The position numbers and the translations under genes are program-made. Positions 19,491-28,368 of a stretch of 64,000 nucleotides of DNA are shown here, in pieces. The notes under the pieces were generated by a model. It saw only the letters and a program-made list of their open reading frames with translations. It did not search any database and was not told the origin of the DNA. Origin of the DNA: Patescibacteria group bacterium (GTDB lineage: Bacteria > Patescibacteriota > Saccharimonadia > Saccharimonadales > JAZKJC01); NCBI GenBank assembly GCA_040384565.1, contig JAZKJC010000001.1, positions 1,457-65,456 on the forward strand. Reading direction: 5' to 3'. The first letter of the stretch is position 1. Each line of letters starts with the position of its first letter.

Positions 19491-19832
19491 ATGAAACGGA
19501 ATTTACGAATTTTACTGATTTGCGTTGTCATCGGAGCGATTCTAGGTATTGGACAAATGTTGATCAGTTTCAACAAGCAAACTGGCGAAACAAGTTATTA
19601 CGCTGACCTGTGTCAGTCGACAGAAGGTTGTTGTCCAGGTGAGCGTGAAATTACTGCAGATGGGTCTGTTTGTCCGAGGAAACAAGCAGTCAGAGGGTTT
19701 CCGATAATGGTGAATCCCAGCCAGAATCAAAATCTGCTGCTCCTAAATGTTGCAATTTGGGTTATTGTTATTCCGGCACTTGGTTTAACTATGGTTCGTC
19801 TCAGGTCAAAATTTCCTAAAAAAGCCAAGTGA
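19491..19832 (+). CDS. membrane protein of unknown function
   Basis: Within ORF 19452-19832. MKRNLRILLICVVIGAILGI is TM-like and a second TM helix lies near the C-terminus. Confidence 0.5.
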   Translation: MKRNLRILLICVVIGAILGIGQMLISFNKQTGETSYYADLCQSTEGCCPGEREITADGSVCPRKQAVRGFPIMVNPSQNQNLLLLNVAIWVIVIPALGLTMVRLRSKFPKKAK

Positions 19833-20410
19833 TGAAACGAGCGGTAATTCTACATTGTTTTCAGGGGACTTCCGCTTCACATTGGTACCCCTGGCTTAAG
19901 CAGCAGCTGGAAAATTATGGTTACGAAGTTTGGGCACCGGATATGCCGCATAATCACCAACCAAATGCAAGGGAAACTACAGATTTTCTACTGGCGAATA
20001 AAGAATGGGATTTTAATGATAACTTGCTGATTGGCCATTCCTGGGGAGCGGTCCAAGCCATGCATTTGCTCCAAAACTTGCCCCATACTCAGCAGGTTAA
20101 AACGGCAGTGCTCGTCAGTGCGTTTACAAGTGAGCTTCCTGATAAGTTTGAATGGTCGCACCCCTTAGCGGGACTTTTTAATGAACCATTTGACTATGGC
20201 GTGATCAAATCTAAAGCTCGTAAACTATTATTTATCCACGGCGATAATGATTCAGTCTGCGATCCCAAACGAGCTGAATGGCTGGCTCAACAGGTAGGAG
20301 GAGAATATACAGAGGTACCCGGCGGTAAACATTTTAGTACGTCAGGTGACCCAAGTTATTCAGAATTTCCCGCACTAATAAAAATACTTAAAGACAGAGA
20401 CTTATTATGA
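19829..20410 (+). CDS. alpha/beta serine hydrolase, YdeN/RBBP9-like family
   Basis: VILHCFQGTSASHWYPWL N-terminus, GHSWG nucleophile elbow, HGDNDSVC. Confidence 0.7.
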   Translation: MMKRAVILHCFQGTSASHWYPWLKQQLENYGYEVWAPDMPHNHQPNARETTDFLLANKEWDFNDNLLIGHSWGAVQAMHLLQNLPHTQQVKTAVLVSAFTSELPDKFEWSHPLAGLFNEPFDYGVIKSKARKLLFIHGDNDSVCDPKRAEWLAQQVGGEYTEVPGGKHFSTSGDPSYSEFPALIKILKDRDLL

Positions 20411-21012
20411 GCACAAAGTATATTCTCCATGGGGGTGCTATCCGGGCGTCGCAAGATAAAGGCAAAGCCTATTTTGAAGAAATTGTTAAGAATTTAGGCG
20501 ATAACCCCCGTCTATTACTTTGTTTCTTTGCGCAACCCGAAGAAGAGTGGGGGGCAAAATATCAGGAATGGAAAGAACGTATAACAGCAGCTCTTGCAAG
20601 TATAAAGCCTCAATTTGAAATGGCTGATAGAATAACTTATCGCCAACAAGCCGAGCGAAATGACGTACTGTTTATATTCGGTGGAGACGATGATTTATTG
20701 TTGGATGTTGCCAAAAAAACCGAGGGTTTTATAGCTTCTCTGGCTAATCTAAGGGTTGTAACCGGGTCTTCGGCAGGAGCGATACTGCTTTCAGATTATT
20801 CCTGGTGTTGTGACTTGCGTAAGGTTACTAGAGGTCTAGGCATTGTGCCTGCTAATGTTCTTGTGCACTTTGGTAGTTCTTCTTACGGCAGCGATGATCC
20901 TCGTGGGCCAATAGACTGGGAAAAAGTCGAGCAAGAACTTAAGAATGCAGTAAGTAACAAATACTCTATTATGCGGCTCCATGAAGGCCAATTTGAGATT
21001 ATAGAACAGTGA
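20407..21012 (+). CDS. peptidase S51 / type-1 glutamine-amidotransferase-like protein
   Basis: FIFGGDDDLL and VTGSSAGAILLS resemble the dipeptidase E family. Confidence 0.55.
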   Translation: MSTKYILHGGAIRASQDKGKAYFEEIVKNLGDNPRLLLCFFAQPEEEWGAKYQEWKERITAALASIKPQFEMADRITYRQQAERNDVLFIFGGDDDLLLDVAKKTEGFIASLANLRVVTGSSAGAILLSDYSWCCDLRKVTRGLGIVPANVLVHFGSSSYGSDDPRGPIDWEKVEQELKNAVSNKYSIMRLHEGQFEIIEQ

Positions 21013-21614
21013 AAATTACAGATATAAAACAGCAGGTTAAACGTGCGGATAGGTACTCTATATTTATTGATGGAAAATATGTGTTTTCATTTTCTGAAAA
21101 TGAGCTTTTGAATACCGGCCTGCGGATTGGGCAGGAATATACGGAGACGGAGCTTGACGAGCTAAAGAATAAAGCAGTGGTGGATAAAGCCTATGACCGT
21201 TCTCTGAATCTTATTATGCGCCGTTCCAGAAGTGAGTGGGAGCTGCGCGATTACTTAAAAAGAAAAGAATATGAAACAGAGATAATTGATAAAATACTTA
21301 ACAAGTTAAGTGAAAGGGGACATGTAAATGACGAGGACTTTGCCTGTCGTTGGGTAGAAAACCGCCGGCTCCTTAAAGCAACCAGTAAGCGACGGCTCAT
21401 GCAAGAACTGCGGCAAAAACGTGTCAGCGATGACATTATTCAGGCGGTTCTGGAGGCTGACGAAACGGACGAACAATCAGTCCTGCTTGAACTGATTGTA
21501 AGAAAGCGCAAACAAACCAAATATCAAGACGACCTAAAACTTACGCAGTACCTAGTGCGCCAAGGCTACAGTTACAACGACGTCAAAGAAGTCATGGCAA
21601 CACTTAGAGATTAG
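21009..21614 (+). CDS. recX: recombination regulator RecX
   Basis: Repeated three-helix modules (ELRDYLKRKEY..IIDKILNKLSERGHVNDEDFACRWVENRR). 201 aa. Confidence 0.8.
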   Translation: MKITDIKQQVKRADRYSIFIDGKYVFSFSENELLNTGLRIGQEYTETELDELKNKAVVDKAYDRSLNLIMRRSRSEWELRDYLKRKEYETEIIDKILNKLSERGHVNDEDFACRWVENRRLLKATSKRRLMQELRQKRVSDDIIQAVLEADETDEQSVLLELIVRKRKQTKYQDDLKLTQYLVRQGYSYNDVKEVMATLRD

Positions 21615-21624
21615 AAGCGAGTTC

Positions 21625-22152
21625 TTAAGAAATAACTGCGGATGGTGCCGGAGCTGTACTTTTAACGCCCTTTAGAGGATCCAGGACAACAATTTTACGA
21701 TCAGTAATCTCAGTAATTTGGCTGCGGTCAATACTTAAATTGCCGCCAGCAAAACTTTTTAATAAACCTTGCCCAACGTATATTTTCTGAACGTAAAAAG
21801 CGGTGTCATCAACCGCGTAATCATTCACTTTACCAAGTTTTTGTTTGTTAACTGTTACAACAGGCTTACCAATCAATTGGAAATCTAGCTTTAATACTGA
21901 TTCCAGACGAACCAACTCCTCGGGCTCCACCAGCACTTCATGGTCATTAATCACAAAGCCCTGCTCTACGCGGTCCCGTATATCTTGGGTTAGCAAGATG
22001 AGCTGTTTTTTGTCAAAACGGTCGTCGCAGTAGAAGCCTTCAATTTTCAAATTATTAGGATTGATAATTGGTATCATGGCAGTAGCTACTTGCCCGCCCG
22101 TACGAAGAGATAATACGGTCTGATTGATGAGTGTAGCGCTTAATCGAAGCAT
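21625..22152 (-). CDS. PRC-barrel-like domain protein
   Basis: Two repeats of a small beta-barrel-like module (VLSLRTGGQVATA..., GKPVVTVNKQKLGKVNDYAVD). Weak call. Confidence 0.45.
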   Translation of the reverse strand: MLRLSATLINQTVLSLRTGGQVATAMIPIINPNNLKIEGFYCDDRFDKKQLILLTQDIRDRVEQGFVINDHEVLVEPEELVRLESVLKLDFQLIGKPVVTVNKQKLGKVNDYAVDDTAFYVQKIYVGQGLLKSFAGGNLSIDRSQITEITDRKIVVLDPLKGVKSTAPAPSAVIS

Positions 22153-22195
22153 ATCTTCAAGTATACCTGAGGCCTATCTAAAAGCTACACATCCT

Positions 22196-22321
22196 TCTGA
22201 CCCACAGTCACTTTTTCGCTCTCAGGGGCGCTTCACGCAGTGTAAATTTGCTTGATGCCAAATTTACTCTGGTTGCACTCAGCAATAACCCCTTCGATCA
22301 AAAAAGTGACTGTGGGTCAGA
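22196..22321. repeat. 126-nt element bounded by perfect 21-bp inverted repeats (MITE-like or structured RNA)
   Basis: TCTGACCCACAGTCACTTTTT at 22196-22216 has its exact reverse complement at 22301-22321. An inner 9-bp hairpin is GTAAATTTG-N8-CAAATTTAC. Confidence 0.8.
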
Positions 22322-22404
22322 CATATCCTTATAGCGCATAATATTTGCGATTCCTGTGGAAAAGTGTTTGCTATAGTATTGTGGCAGTGTACACTCATGG
22401 AGTA

Positions 22405-23901
22405 ATGAAGCGTCTGTCTTATCTTTCCCTGCTGTTACTACTAACTTCCACCCTGCCACTTACAAATGTCGCGGCTGTCTTTGCCGATACGCCAAGCCTG
22501 ATAATTACTGAAGTCAAAGTTCGCAATGACACGGCTGGACTTGATGAATTTATCGAACTTTATAATCCGGGTCTTGAGTCCGTTTCCCTGAGCGAATACT
22601 TAATTGGTTACATAAATACGCCAACTCCAACACCGGATCAACAGTTTACAGAAGCCGTTATTGCAGCCGGGCTGTTGCCAGCAGGAGAAAGTTTTGTTTT
22701 GGCCAAAAACGAGCTTGATTTAGACTTACAAGGGTCCAAAAAATCACCCTTTAGCAGTCTGTCAGATAGTGGTGGCACATTAATAATTAAAGACAATAAC
22801 GCTAACGTGATAGACAAATTTGCCTGGAGTAGCACTGAGAGTGTGGCCTTGCCCCCAATAGTTCATCAATGCACAAATTCCAATGTTAGCTGCAATCTGA
22901 ACAGAACACAAAGCTTTAGCCGCTCCAAGGATCTAGAAGAAAATTATGAGCTAGACTTTCCTAGCTGGCAGTTAGGAGAGCCAACTCCAGAAAGTGCCAC
23001 TCTGTTGCCACTGCCAGTTCCTGACCCAGAACCCGAGCCGGAACCTGAACCGGAACCCACACCAGACCCAACACCCGATCCCACCGAAGCCCCGCCAGAA
23101 ACTTTACCTATTGAAACACAGCCTCCAGAGCCAGATACTGACACTACGCCAGATGTACCTACTAATCTATTACCACTACAGATCACGGAACTTTTACCAA
23201 ACCCTGCCCCGCCCGCCAGCGACAGTAAAGATGAATTCATTGAGCTTTATAATCCTAACGATCAGGCACTGAACTTAGTCGGCTACAAGTTGCAGTCCGG
23301 CAGTACTTTTAGCTATAGCCATACATTTGGCGCAACTAGCCTCGCGGCTCATGAATACAGGGCTTTTATGGTCACAGAAACAGGGAATATATTATCCAAT
23401 AGCGGTGGCCAAGTTCGTTTGCTTGATCCGGATGGTGTGGTGGTTGCCCAGACCAATGCGTATGATGATGCCAATGATGGGGACGCTTGGGCTATGGTGA
23501 GTGGGGCGTGGCAGTGGACCACTACGTCTACGCCACATGCTGTCAACGCGTTAACCCTGCCGATCCTCAAAGTTGCAGCGACAAAAGCGCCGGCCCAGAA
23601 GAAAACAACTGCTAAAGCTGCAAGTACCAAAAAAGCGGCAACGCCCAAGGCTTCCACAGCAAAAGCTAAAGTCGCGTCCACCAAAACCACAAAGCCAAAG
23701 ACTACTGCCGAGCGGCAAGCTTATGAAGAGCCGGAAGCTGGCCCACAGTCTATTCACCCGGGCATACTTGCCGGCGTAGGCGTTATCACGCTAGTATATG
23801 CAGCATATGAGTACAGGCAGGACGCTATCAATCGATTGCACCAGTTCAGACGCTACCGAAGCCTTCGGCGAGAAGCTAGGGCAGCGTCTGCGGGGCGGTG
23901 A
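22405..23901 (+). CDS. surface protein with two lamin-tail domains, a PE/PT linker, a K/A-rich basic region and a C-terminal TM anchor
   Basis: Signal peptide MKRLSYLSLLLLLTS. LTD motifs ITEVKV...DEFIELYNPG and ITELLPNP...DEFIELYNPND. C-terminal anchor GILAGVGVITLVYAAY. Confidence 0.75.
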   Translation: MKRLSYLSLLLLLTSTLPLTNVAAVFADTPSLIITEVKVRNDTAGLDEFIELYNPGLESVSLSEYLIGYINTPTPTPDQQFTEAVIAAGLLPAGESFVLAKNELDLDLQGSKKSPFSSLSDSGGTLIIKDNNANVIDKFAWSSTESVALPPIVHQCTNSNVSCNLNRTQSFSRSKDLEENYELDFPSWQLGEPTPESATLLPLPVPDPEPEPEPEPEPTPDPTPDPTEAPPETLPIETQPPEPDTDTTPDVPTNLLPLQITELLPNPAPPASDSKDEFIELYNPNDQALNLVGYKLQSGSTFSYSHTFGATSLAAHEYRAFMVTETGNILSNSGGQVRLLDPDGVVVAQTNAYDDANDGDAWAMVSGAWQWTTTSTPHAVNALTLPILKVAATKAPAQKKTTAKAASTKKAATPKASTAKAKVASTKTTKPKTTAERQAYEEPEAGPQSIHPGILAGVGVITLVYAAYEYRQDAINRLHQFRRYRSLRREARAASAGR

Positions 23902-24271
23902 AGTCATAGAATTAGTCAGCGATCTTGGCGGCGGTAAAACCACACTGGTTCGTGGCATATCCCGCGGCGCAGGCAGCAGTGATGTTGTGGGCAGTCCAAC
24001 GTTTATGATTAGTAAAGTTTATAAAACTCAAAAGTTTTATATCCATCACTTTGATTTTTATCGTTTGAATGAAGCCGGTGTTATGGAATATGAACTGCAA
24101 AATGTCTTAAATGACCCAAAAGCTATAGTTATTATTGAGTGGGGCGAAGTTGTAGCCCATGTTCTACCCGCTAATCGCCTTACAATTAATATACGTAAAA
24201 CAAGTGACGAAACTAGGCAATTAAGCTGTGCCTATCCATCGGAGCTAGCATATTTGGTAAGTGCGGCATGA
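23798..24271 (+). CDS. tsaE: tRNA t6A biosynthesis ATPase TsaE
   Basis: SDLGGGKTTLVRGI P-loop, HHFDFYRL and IIEWGE motifs. The start overlaps the upstream gene by about 100 nt, so the true start is uncertain. Confidence 0.8.
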   Translation: MQHMSTGRTLSIDCTSSDATEAFGEKLGQRLRGGEVIELVSDLGGGKTTLVRGISRGAGSSDVVGSPTFMISKVYKTQKFYIHHFDFYRLNEAGVMEYELQNVLNDPKAIVIIEWGEVVAHVLPANRLTINIRKTSDETRQLSCAYPSELAYLVSAA

Positions 24272-24660
24272 TTATACTGAGCATTAGGACAGATAAGCCT
24301 GAAGCGGAAATTGGTTTGTTCGACGATCATAAAAAGCTTGCTTACCATACATGGCAAGCCCATCGTGAACTAGCGGAAACACTTCACATACAAATTGCAA
24401 AAAATTTGCAATCTGCAAGTAAAGACTGGGCTGATATAGAAGGAATAATTGCTTATAAAGGGCCGGGTAGTTTTACGGGACTTAGAATTGGCTTGTCTGT
24501 AGCTAACGCCCTGGCCTACTCGTTTGACTGCCCGATTGTCGCTACAACTGGTGACGAGTGGATTAAACAAGGTATAACGGCGCTTAAAGACGGTGAATCA
24601 AACCAAATTGCCCTGCCGGAATACGGGTCGGCTGTGAATATCACAAAACCAAAAAAATGA
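24268..24660 (+). CDS. tsaB: tRNA t6A biosynthesis protein TsaB, short form (N-terminal domain only)
   Basis: KGPGSFTGLRIGLSVANALA motif. Only 130 aa. Confidence 0.7.
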   Translation: MIILSIRTDKPEAEIGLFDDHKKLAYHTWQAHRELAETLHIQIAKNLQSASKDWADIEGIIAYKGPGSFTGLRIGLSVANALAYSFDCPIVATTGDEWIKQGITALKDGESNQIALPEYGSAVNITKPKK

Positions 24661-24661
24661 C

Positions 24662-25066
24662 TTATTCCAGGCTCTTGACGACAATTTCCGTTACACCCAG
24701 TTCAAGCATGGTCTGGTCGTTGGTGTAGAACACCGTTGCTCCATGCTCAATAGCAGCAGCCAAATGTATGGCGTCATAGCCTTTTAGCTGCCTGCCGTAC
24801 TTGGCTGTTAGCTCAACGGCTCGTTCGACAATTGCTAACGTTACGGGTACAAACTTGGTGTTTTCAAAGTGTTGCAGTATGTCGCGCATTTTTCGTGCTA
24901 CGGCCTTGCCTTGCAGCGCCGCGCCAGTCAGCACTTCCTGCTTGATCAGTACGGATAATGCGGCAGTCTCTTGCTCGCCGGATGATACTATACGGCGCGA
25001 CTGTCCGGACCACTTTGTGTCGGATTCAAACGCGTAAATTAAAACGTTGGCATCGTAGGATATCAT
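24662..25066 (-). CDS. vapC: PIN-domain toxin VapC
   Basis: 134 aa. N-terminal YDANVLIYA with Asp and C-terminal YDAIHLAAA...TND acidic residues. Overlaps the upstream antitoxin gene by 4 nt. Confidence 0.75.
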   Translation of the reverse strand: MISYDANVLIYAFESDTKWSGQSRRIVSSGEQETAALSVLIKQEVLTGAALQGKAVARKMRDILQHFENTKFVPVTLAIVERAVELTAKYGRQLKGYDAIHLAAAIEHGATVFYTNDQTMLELGVTEIVVKSLE

Positions 25067-25335
25067 TGGCCAAGCAACTTATCGCGGTGGCGCTGATTAT
25101 CGTTCCGCATTTCGCGAACAAATTCGGCGGCATCTTTGCCACCGGTTATGCCACGTCCCATGGTACCAAAGTATTTTTCTATCGGTAGTTTGGCACTTAC
25201 CTGTAGCTTGTTGTCCTCAGATGCCTGGACAGTCACCGGGGAACCAGGACGAACCCGTAGCTGTTCCCGAAGCTTTTTTGGCAGTGTAATCTGTCCCTGG
25301 GATGATATTTTTATAACATATTGCGTAGAACTCAT
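25063..25335 (-). CDS. vapB: AbrB/SpoVT-fold antitoxin VapB
   Basis: ISSQGQITLPKKLREQLRVRPGSPVTV swapped-hairpin motif. The ATG at 25335 is preferred over 25353. Confidence 0.7.
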   Translation of the reverse strand: MSSTQYVIKISSQGQITLPKKLREQLRVRPGSPVTVQASEDNKLQVSAKLPIEKYFGTMGRGITGGKDAAEFVREMRNDNQRHRDKLLGQ

Positions 25336-25552
25336 ATACACAGGATAGCACATCCGTAGTTAAAAGTAAAAAGTAAAGAGATAAGTTTTAATTTTAATCT
25401 AGGATTCAAGCTGATTTGCATAAAACCCCGTAAATAGTTGTGGAATAGTCAACATATAGTTTATTAAGTACTTGACAAACCATAAGGGGCATATATAGTT
25501 AGTTTTGTCATATAAATTTACAACAAAAAATAAGTAAAAAAAGGAAATAAAA

Positions 25553-27211
25553 ATGAAAATCAAACGCATAGGTTCTTTTTGCTCAACACTATTTCTGAGT
25601 TTATCGTCACTGTTGATAATTTCAGTACCAAAAGCTTTGGCCGCAACGGTAACCTGGGATGGCGAAGGAGTAGACAATAGCTTTAGTACTGCCGCAAACT
25701 GGTCTGGTGATGTAGTGCCCAGCAGTGGTGACGTCATTGTATTTCCTACTAGTGTTGACTCGGATGCGACAGATGGTGACGACAGAGATCTAAATAATGA
25801 CATTAGTGTCCCATTTGCTGGTATACAAGTAACCGGAACTTATCCAATGGGTGATTACGATTATTACACAATAACTGGTAATGCCTTGTCCGTATCAGGA
25901 AATATTTCTGGTAATGGCGGGACTGATCCCTACCAGTCGTTGCGTCTTGAAGTTGCTTTGACCGCCACAAGTGCCATCACCATTTTTGCGGTGAGTTCAA
26001 CAAGCTCACTGAGCATTGGTGCAAATAACGTAACGACAAGTGGTGCATACTTTGGCGGCAGCGTAACGGGGAGTGGTAATTTGATCCTGGAGAATGCGCC
26101 TGATGGTGCCGGTGGTGGCTGTCCACCAACTGCTTTACCATCTCCATTTGCTGGCGATAGCTCAGGTTTTAGCGGATCTCTTACAATTCAAAACAACGGC
26201 ATCTTGACAATAACAAAACAATCAAATGATATTGCCCGTTCTGCAAGTGCTATAACCAAAGAGAGTACAGGTGATCTTAACTTTATATTAGATAATGGTC
26301 AAGATATGACCTTTGCAAAGCCAATTACCTTAAAAGGCTCAGAAGTATTTGTTTCGCAACTGCGTACAAATGATTGCGTGCAAACGGCAGTAAAAACAAT
26401 AACCATAAGCAGCAATGTCACACTTACAGCGGATACAACGTTTAACTTAATCAGCGCAAATCTTAAATTTACCGGCACTGTAACCGGTAAGGAGTTTGTA
26501 AAATTAGCCTCAAGCTCCAGCGGTACAATCACCTTACCTGATAATTCAGTACTTACTCCGGAACCAAAGACAACTGAATATAAGGACAGTAGTCCGTCAA
26601 CAGCTATTACGGTAGCAAACAATGAAACTGCTATTGTGACAGGAACATATAGCAACGTATTTGTGGGCGCGGGTGGTACGTTGAAGGGTACAGGTACAGT
26701 GGGGGTAGTCACACTATACGGTAAGCTAGCGCCGGGATTAAGCCCCGGATGTCTAAACACTGGTAATCTGGTTTTCCAAAACGGTTCAAGCTACGAGTTT
26801 GAGGTTGGCGGTACAACTGTTTGTACAGAGTATGACCAGACCAAAGTAACCGGTACGGTAACGCTTGGCAATGGAACACTCAGCACGCTCCTAGTCAATA
26901 ACTTCAAACCAGTGGCTAACCAGAGCTACATGATCATTGAAAACGATGGTACAGATGCAGTGACGGGTACGTTTAATGGGCTGGCTGAGGGTGCAACCTT
27001 TACGGTCAGTGGCTATGTTCTGAAAGTTAGTTATGTTGGGGGAACAGGCAATGATGTTGTTCTGACCGTCCAGTCAGTTCCGGCGGTACCAGATACTGGG
27101 TTCCAATTGCTTACTAGCAATCCAATAGCTGCGCTGATAGCATCAACCTCAATGGCAGGATGTATCTTACTCATTGCCCGCAAGTACGCCAAAGTAACAG
27201 TACGTAAATAA
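25553..27211 (+). CDS. secreted beta-helix repeat protein (autotransporter-associated beta-strand repeat type) with a C-terminal sortase-type sorting signal
   Basis: Signal peptide, then TVTWDGEGVDNSFSTAANWSGDVVPSSGDVIVF. C-terminus VPAVPDTG plus a hydrophobic stretch plus RKYAKVTVRK. Confidence 0.7.
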   Translation: MKIKRIGSFCSTLFLSLSSLLIISVPKALAATVTWDGEGVDNSFSTAANWSGDVVPSSGDVIVFPTSVDSDATDGDDRDLNNDISVPFAGIQVTGTYPMGDYDYYTITGNALSVSGNISGNGGTDPYQSLRLEVALTATSAITIFAVSSTSSLSIGANNVTTSGAYFGGSVTGSGNLILENAPDGAGGGCPPTALPSPFAGDSSGFSGSLTIQNNGILTITKQSNDIARSASAITKESTGDLNFILDNGQDMTFAKPITLKGSEVFVSQLRTNDCVQTAVKTITISSNVTLTADTTFNLISANLKFTGTVTGKEFVKLASSSSGTITLPDNSVLTPEPKTTEYKDSSPSTAITVANNETAIVTGTYSNVFVGAGGTLKGTGTVGVVTLYGKLAPGLSPGCLNTGNLVFQNGSSYEFEVGGTTVCTEYDQTKVTGTVTLGNGTLSTLLVNNFKPVANQSYMIIENDGTDAVTGTFNGLAEGATFTVSGYVLKVSYVGGTGNDVVLTVQSVPAVPDTGFQLLTSNPIAALIASTSMAGCILLIARKYAKVTVRK

Positions 27212-27236
27212 CAAAACTAAAAACAAAAAGCAGTAT

Positions 27237-28187
27237 ATGGAAAGAAAGTCGCGTATAAGCCTGGACAATCCAGCATTTCGGGGACGCCTAAGAATCCCCC
27301 GGGATGCTGTTAGGCATACCAGCACTCCAGTTCAAACTGCAAAAGCAAGTACAGCCACATATGCTCGCCAACCTATTGCTTCGCAACAAACCATTGGACC
27401 GGCAAAAGTTACACAGACCGTAACAGCGCCTGTGCTATCGTATCCAAGATTACCAAGACAGTCGCGTACCAGCGTCCTGAATCGACAGCTGCTGCCCGCA
27501 AAAGTATCCCATAAAAAGTCTAGATGGCGTTCTCATATGCCCAAAGTTTTGACTTCCATGGCAGTAATGCTTTTTATAGGTGGTATTTTAATTTTTGTTA
27601 GCAGCATAAGAACTGACCAGACTGTTAAAGCCCAAGTCAAACAGCTGAGTAGTCAGGCTGAAAATAGTGAAGATGGCGTGACAGATGCAGTCCCGTCAGA
27701 GGATGATCCACCCGCTAACGTCGGTGCTTACAGCGTTGCTAAAGATTTGCCAAGACTATTAACAATTGAAAAAATTGGCCTCAGTGCTCGAGTTCGACGT
27801 GTCGGAATAGGGCCTAATAACACCATGAAAGCTCCAGCCAGTATTTTTGACGCGGGATGGTATGAGGGTGGCGCTAAACCCGGAGAAAACGGCACGGTTG
27901 TTTTGGATGGGCATGTATCCGGGCCAACTAAGCGCGGAGTGTTCTATGGATTGAAAACTCTGCAGGCCGGCGATAAAATTAAGTTAGAACGAGGTGACGG
28001 AGAAATATTTAGCTACACGGTAGTCGAGCTTGAAACAATTGACGAAGACAAAGTCGACATGTCAAAAGTTCTGACTTCTAGTGTAGCCGGAAAGCCAGGG
28101 CTCAACCTTATTACTTGCAGTGGTAAGTTTAATGCTGCTACAAACCAGTACGCTCAGCGCACAGTCGCATATAGCGTTCAGGATTAG
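27237..28187 (+). CDS. sortase (class F-like) with a long N-terminal linker and TM anchor
   Basis: Catalytic motifs VLDGHV, LNLITCSG and RTVAYS. A TM helix at MAVMLFIGGILIFV. Confidence 0.8.
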   Translation: MERKSRISLDNPAFRGRLRIPRDAVRHTSTPVQTAKASTATYARQPIASQQTIGPAKVTQTVTAPVLSYPRLPRQSRTSVLNRQLLPAKVSHKKSRWRSHMPKVLTSMAVMLFIGGILIFVSSIRTDQTVKAQVKQLSSQAENSEDGVTDAVPSEDDPPANVGAYSVAKDLPRLLTIEKIGLSARVRRVGIGPNNTMKAPASIFDAGWYEGGAKPGENGTVVLDGHVSGPTKRGVFYGLKTLQAGDKIKLERGDGEIFSYTVVELETIDEDKVDMSKVLTSSVAGKPGLNLITCSGKFNAATNQYAQRTVAYSVQD

Positions 28188-28368
28188 CAACAGGAGTACT
28201 AATTATTGTCATAAAAGTTTATTTGGCGTATATTTATAGCAGGATTACCGCTATTACAGAGCAGTCCGTATTATTTAAACAAGTTCGATTTTCAGATTAA
28301 TCCTGTGAGCTAATGAAGTGATAGTGAATGCTGGCAGGGTTGGTCTGCAACGATAGGAAGGAAGTGAC

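Noticed and set aside
22196-22321. Considered SRP (4.5S) RNA or 6S RNA for the long hairpin element
   Set aside because: The apical region lacks the conserved SRP helix-8 features (a GNRA tetraloop with flanking symmetric and asymmetric loops). The element is too short and too perfectly paired for 6S RNA.
23013-23095. Tandem GAACC[CG]-type hexanucleotide repeats
   Set aside because: They lie in frame inside the LTD protein and encode a (PE)n/(PT)n linker. This is a coding low-complexity region, not a non-coding repeat or CRISPR.
25399-25803. 134-aa minus-strand ORF overlapping the start of the beta-helix repeat protein gene
   Set aside because: It has no SD, spans an AT-rich promoter region and overlaps a well-supported plus-strand gene. 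It is likely spurious.
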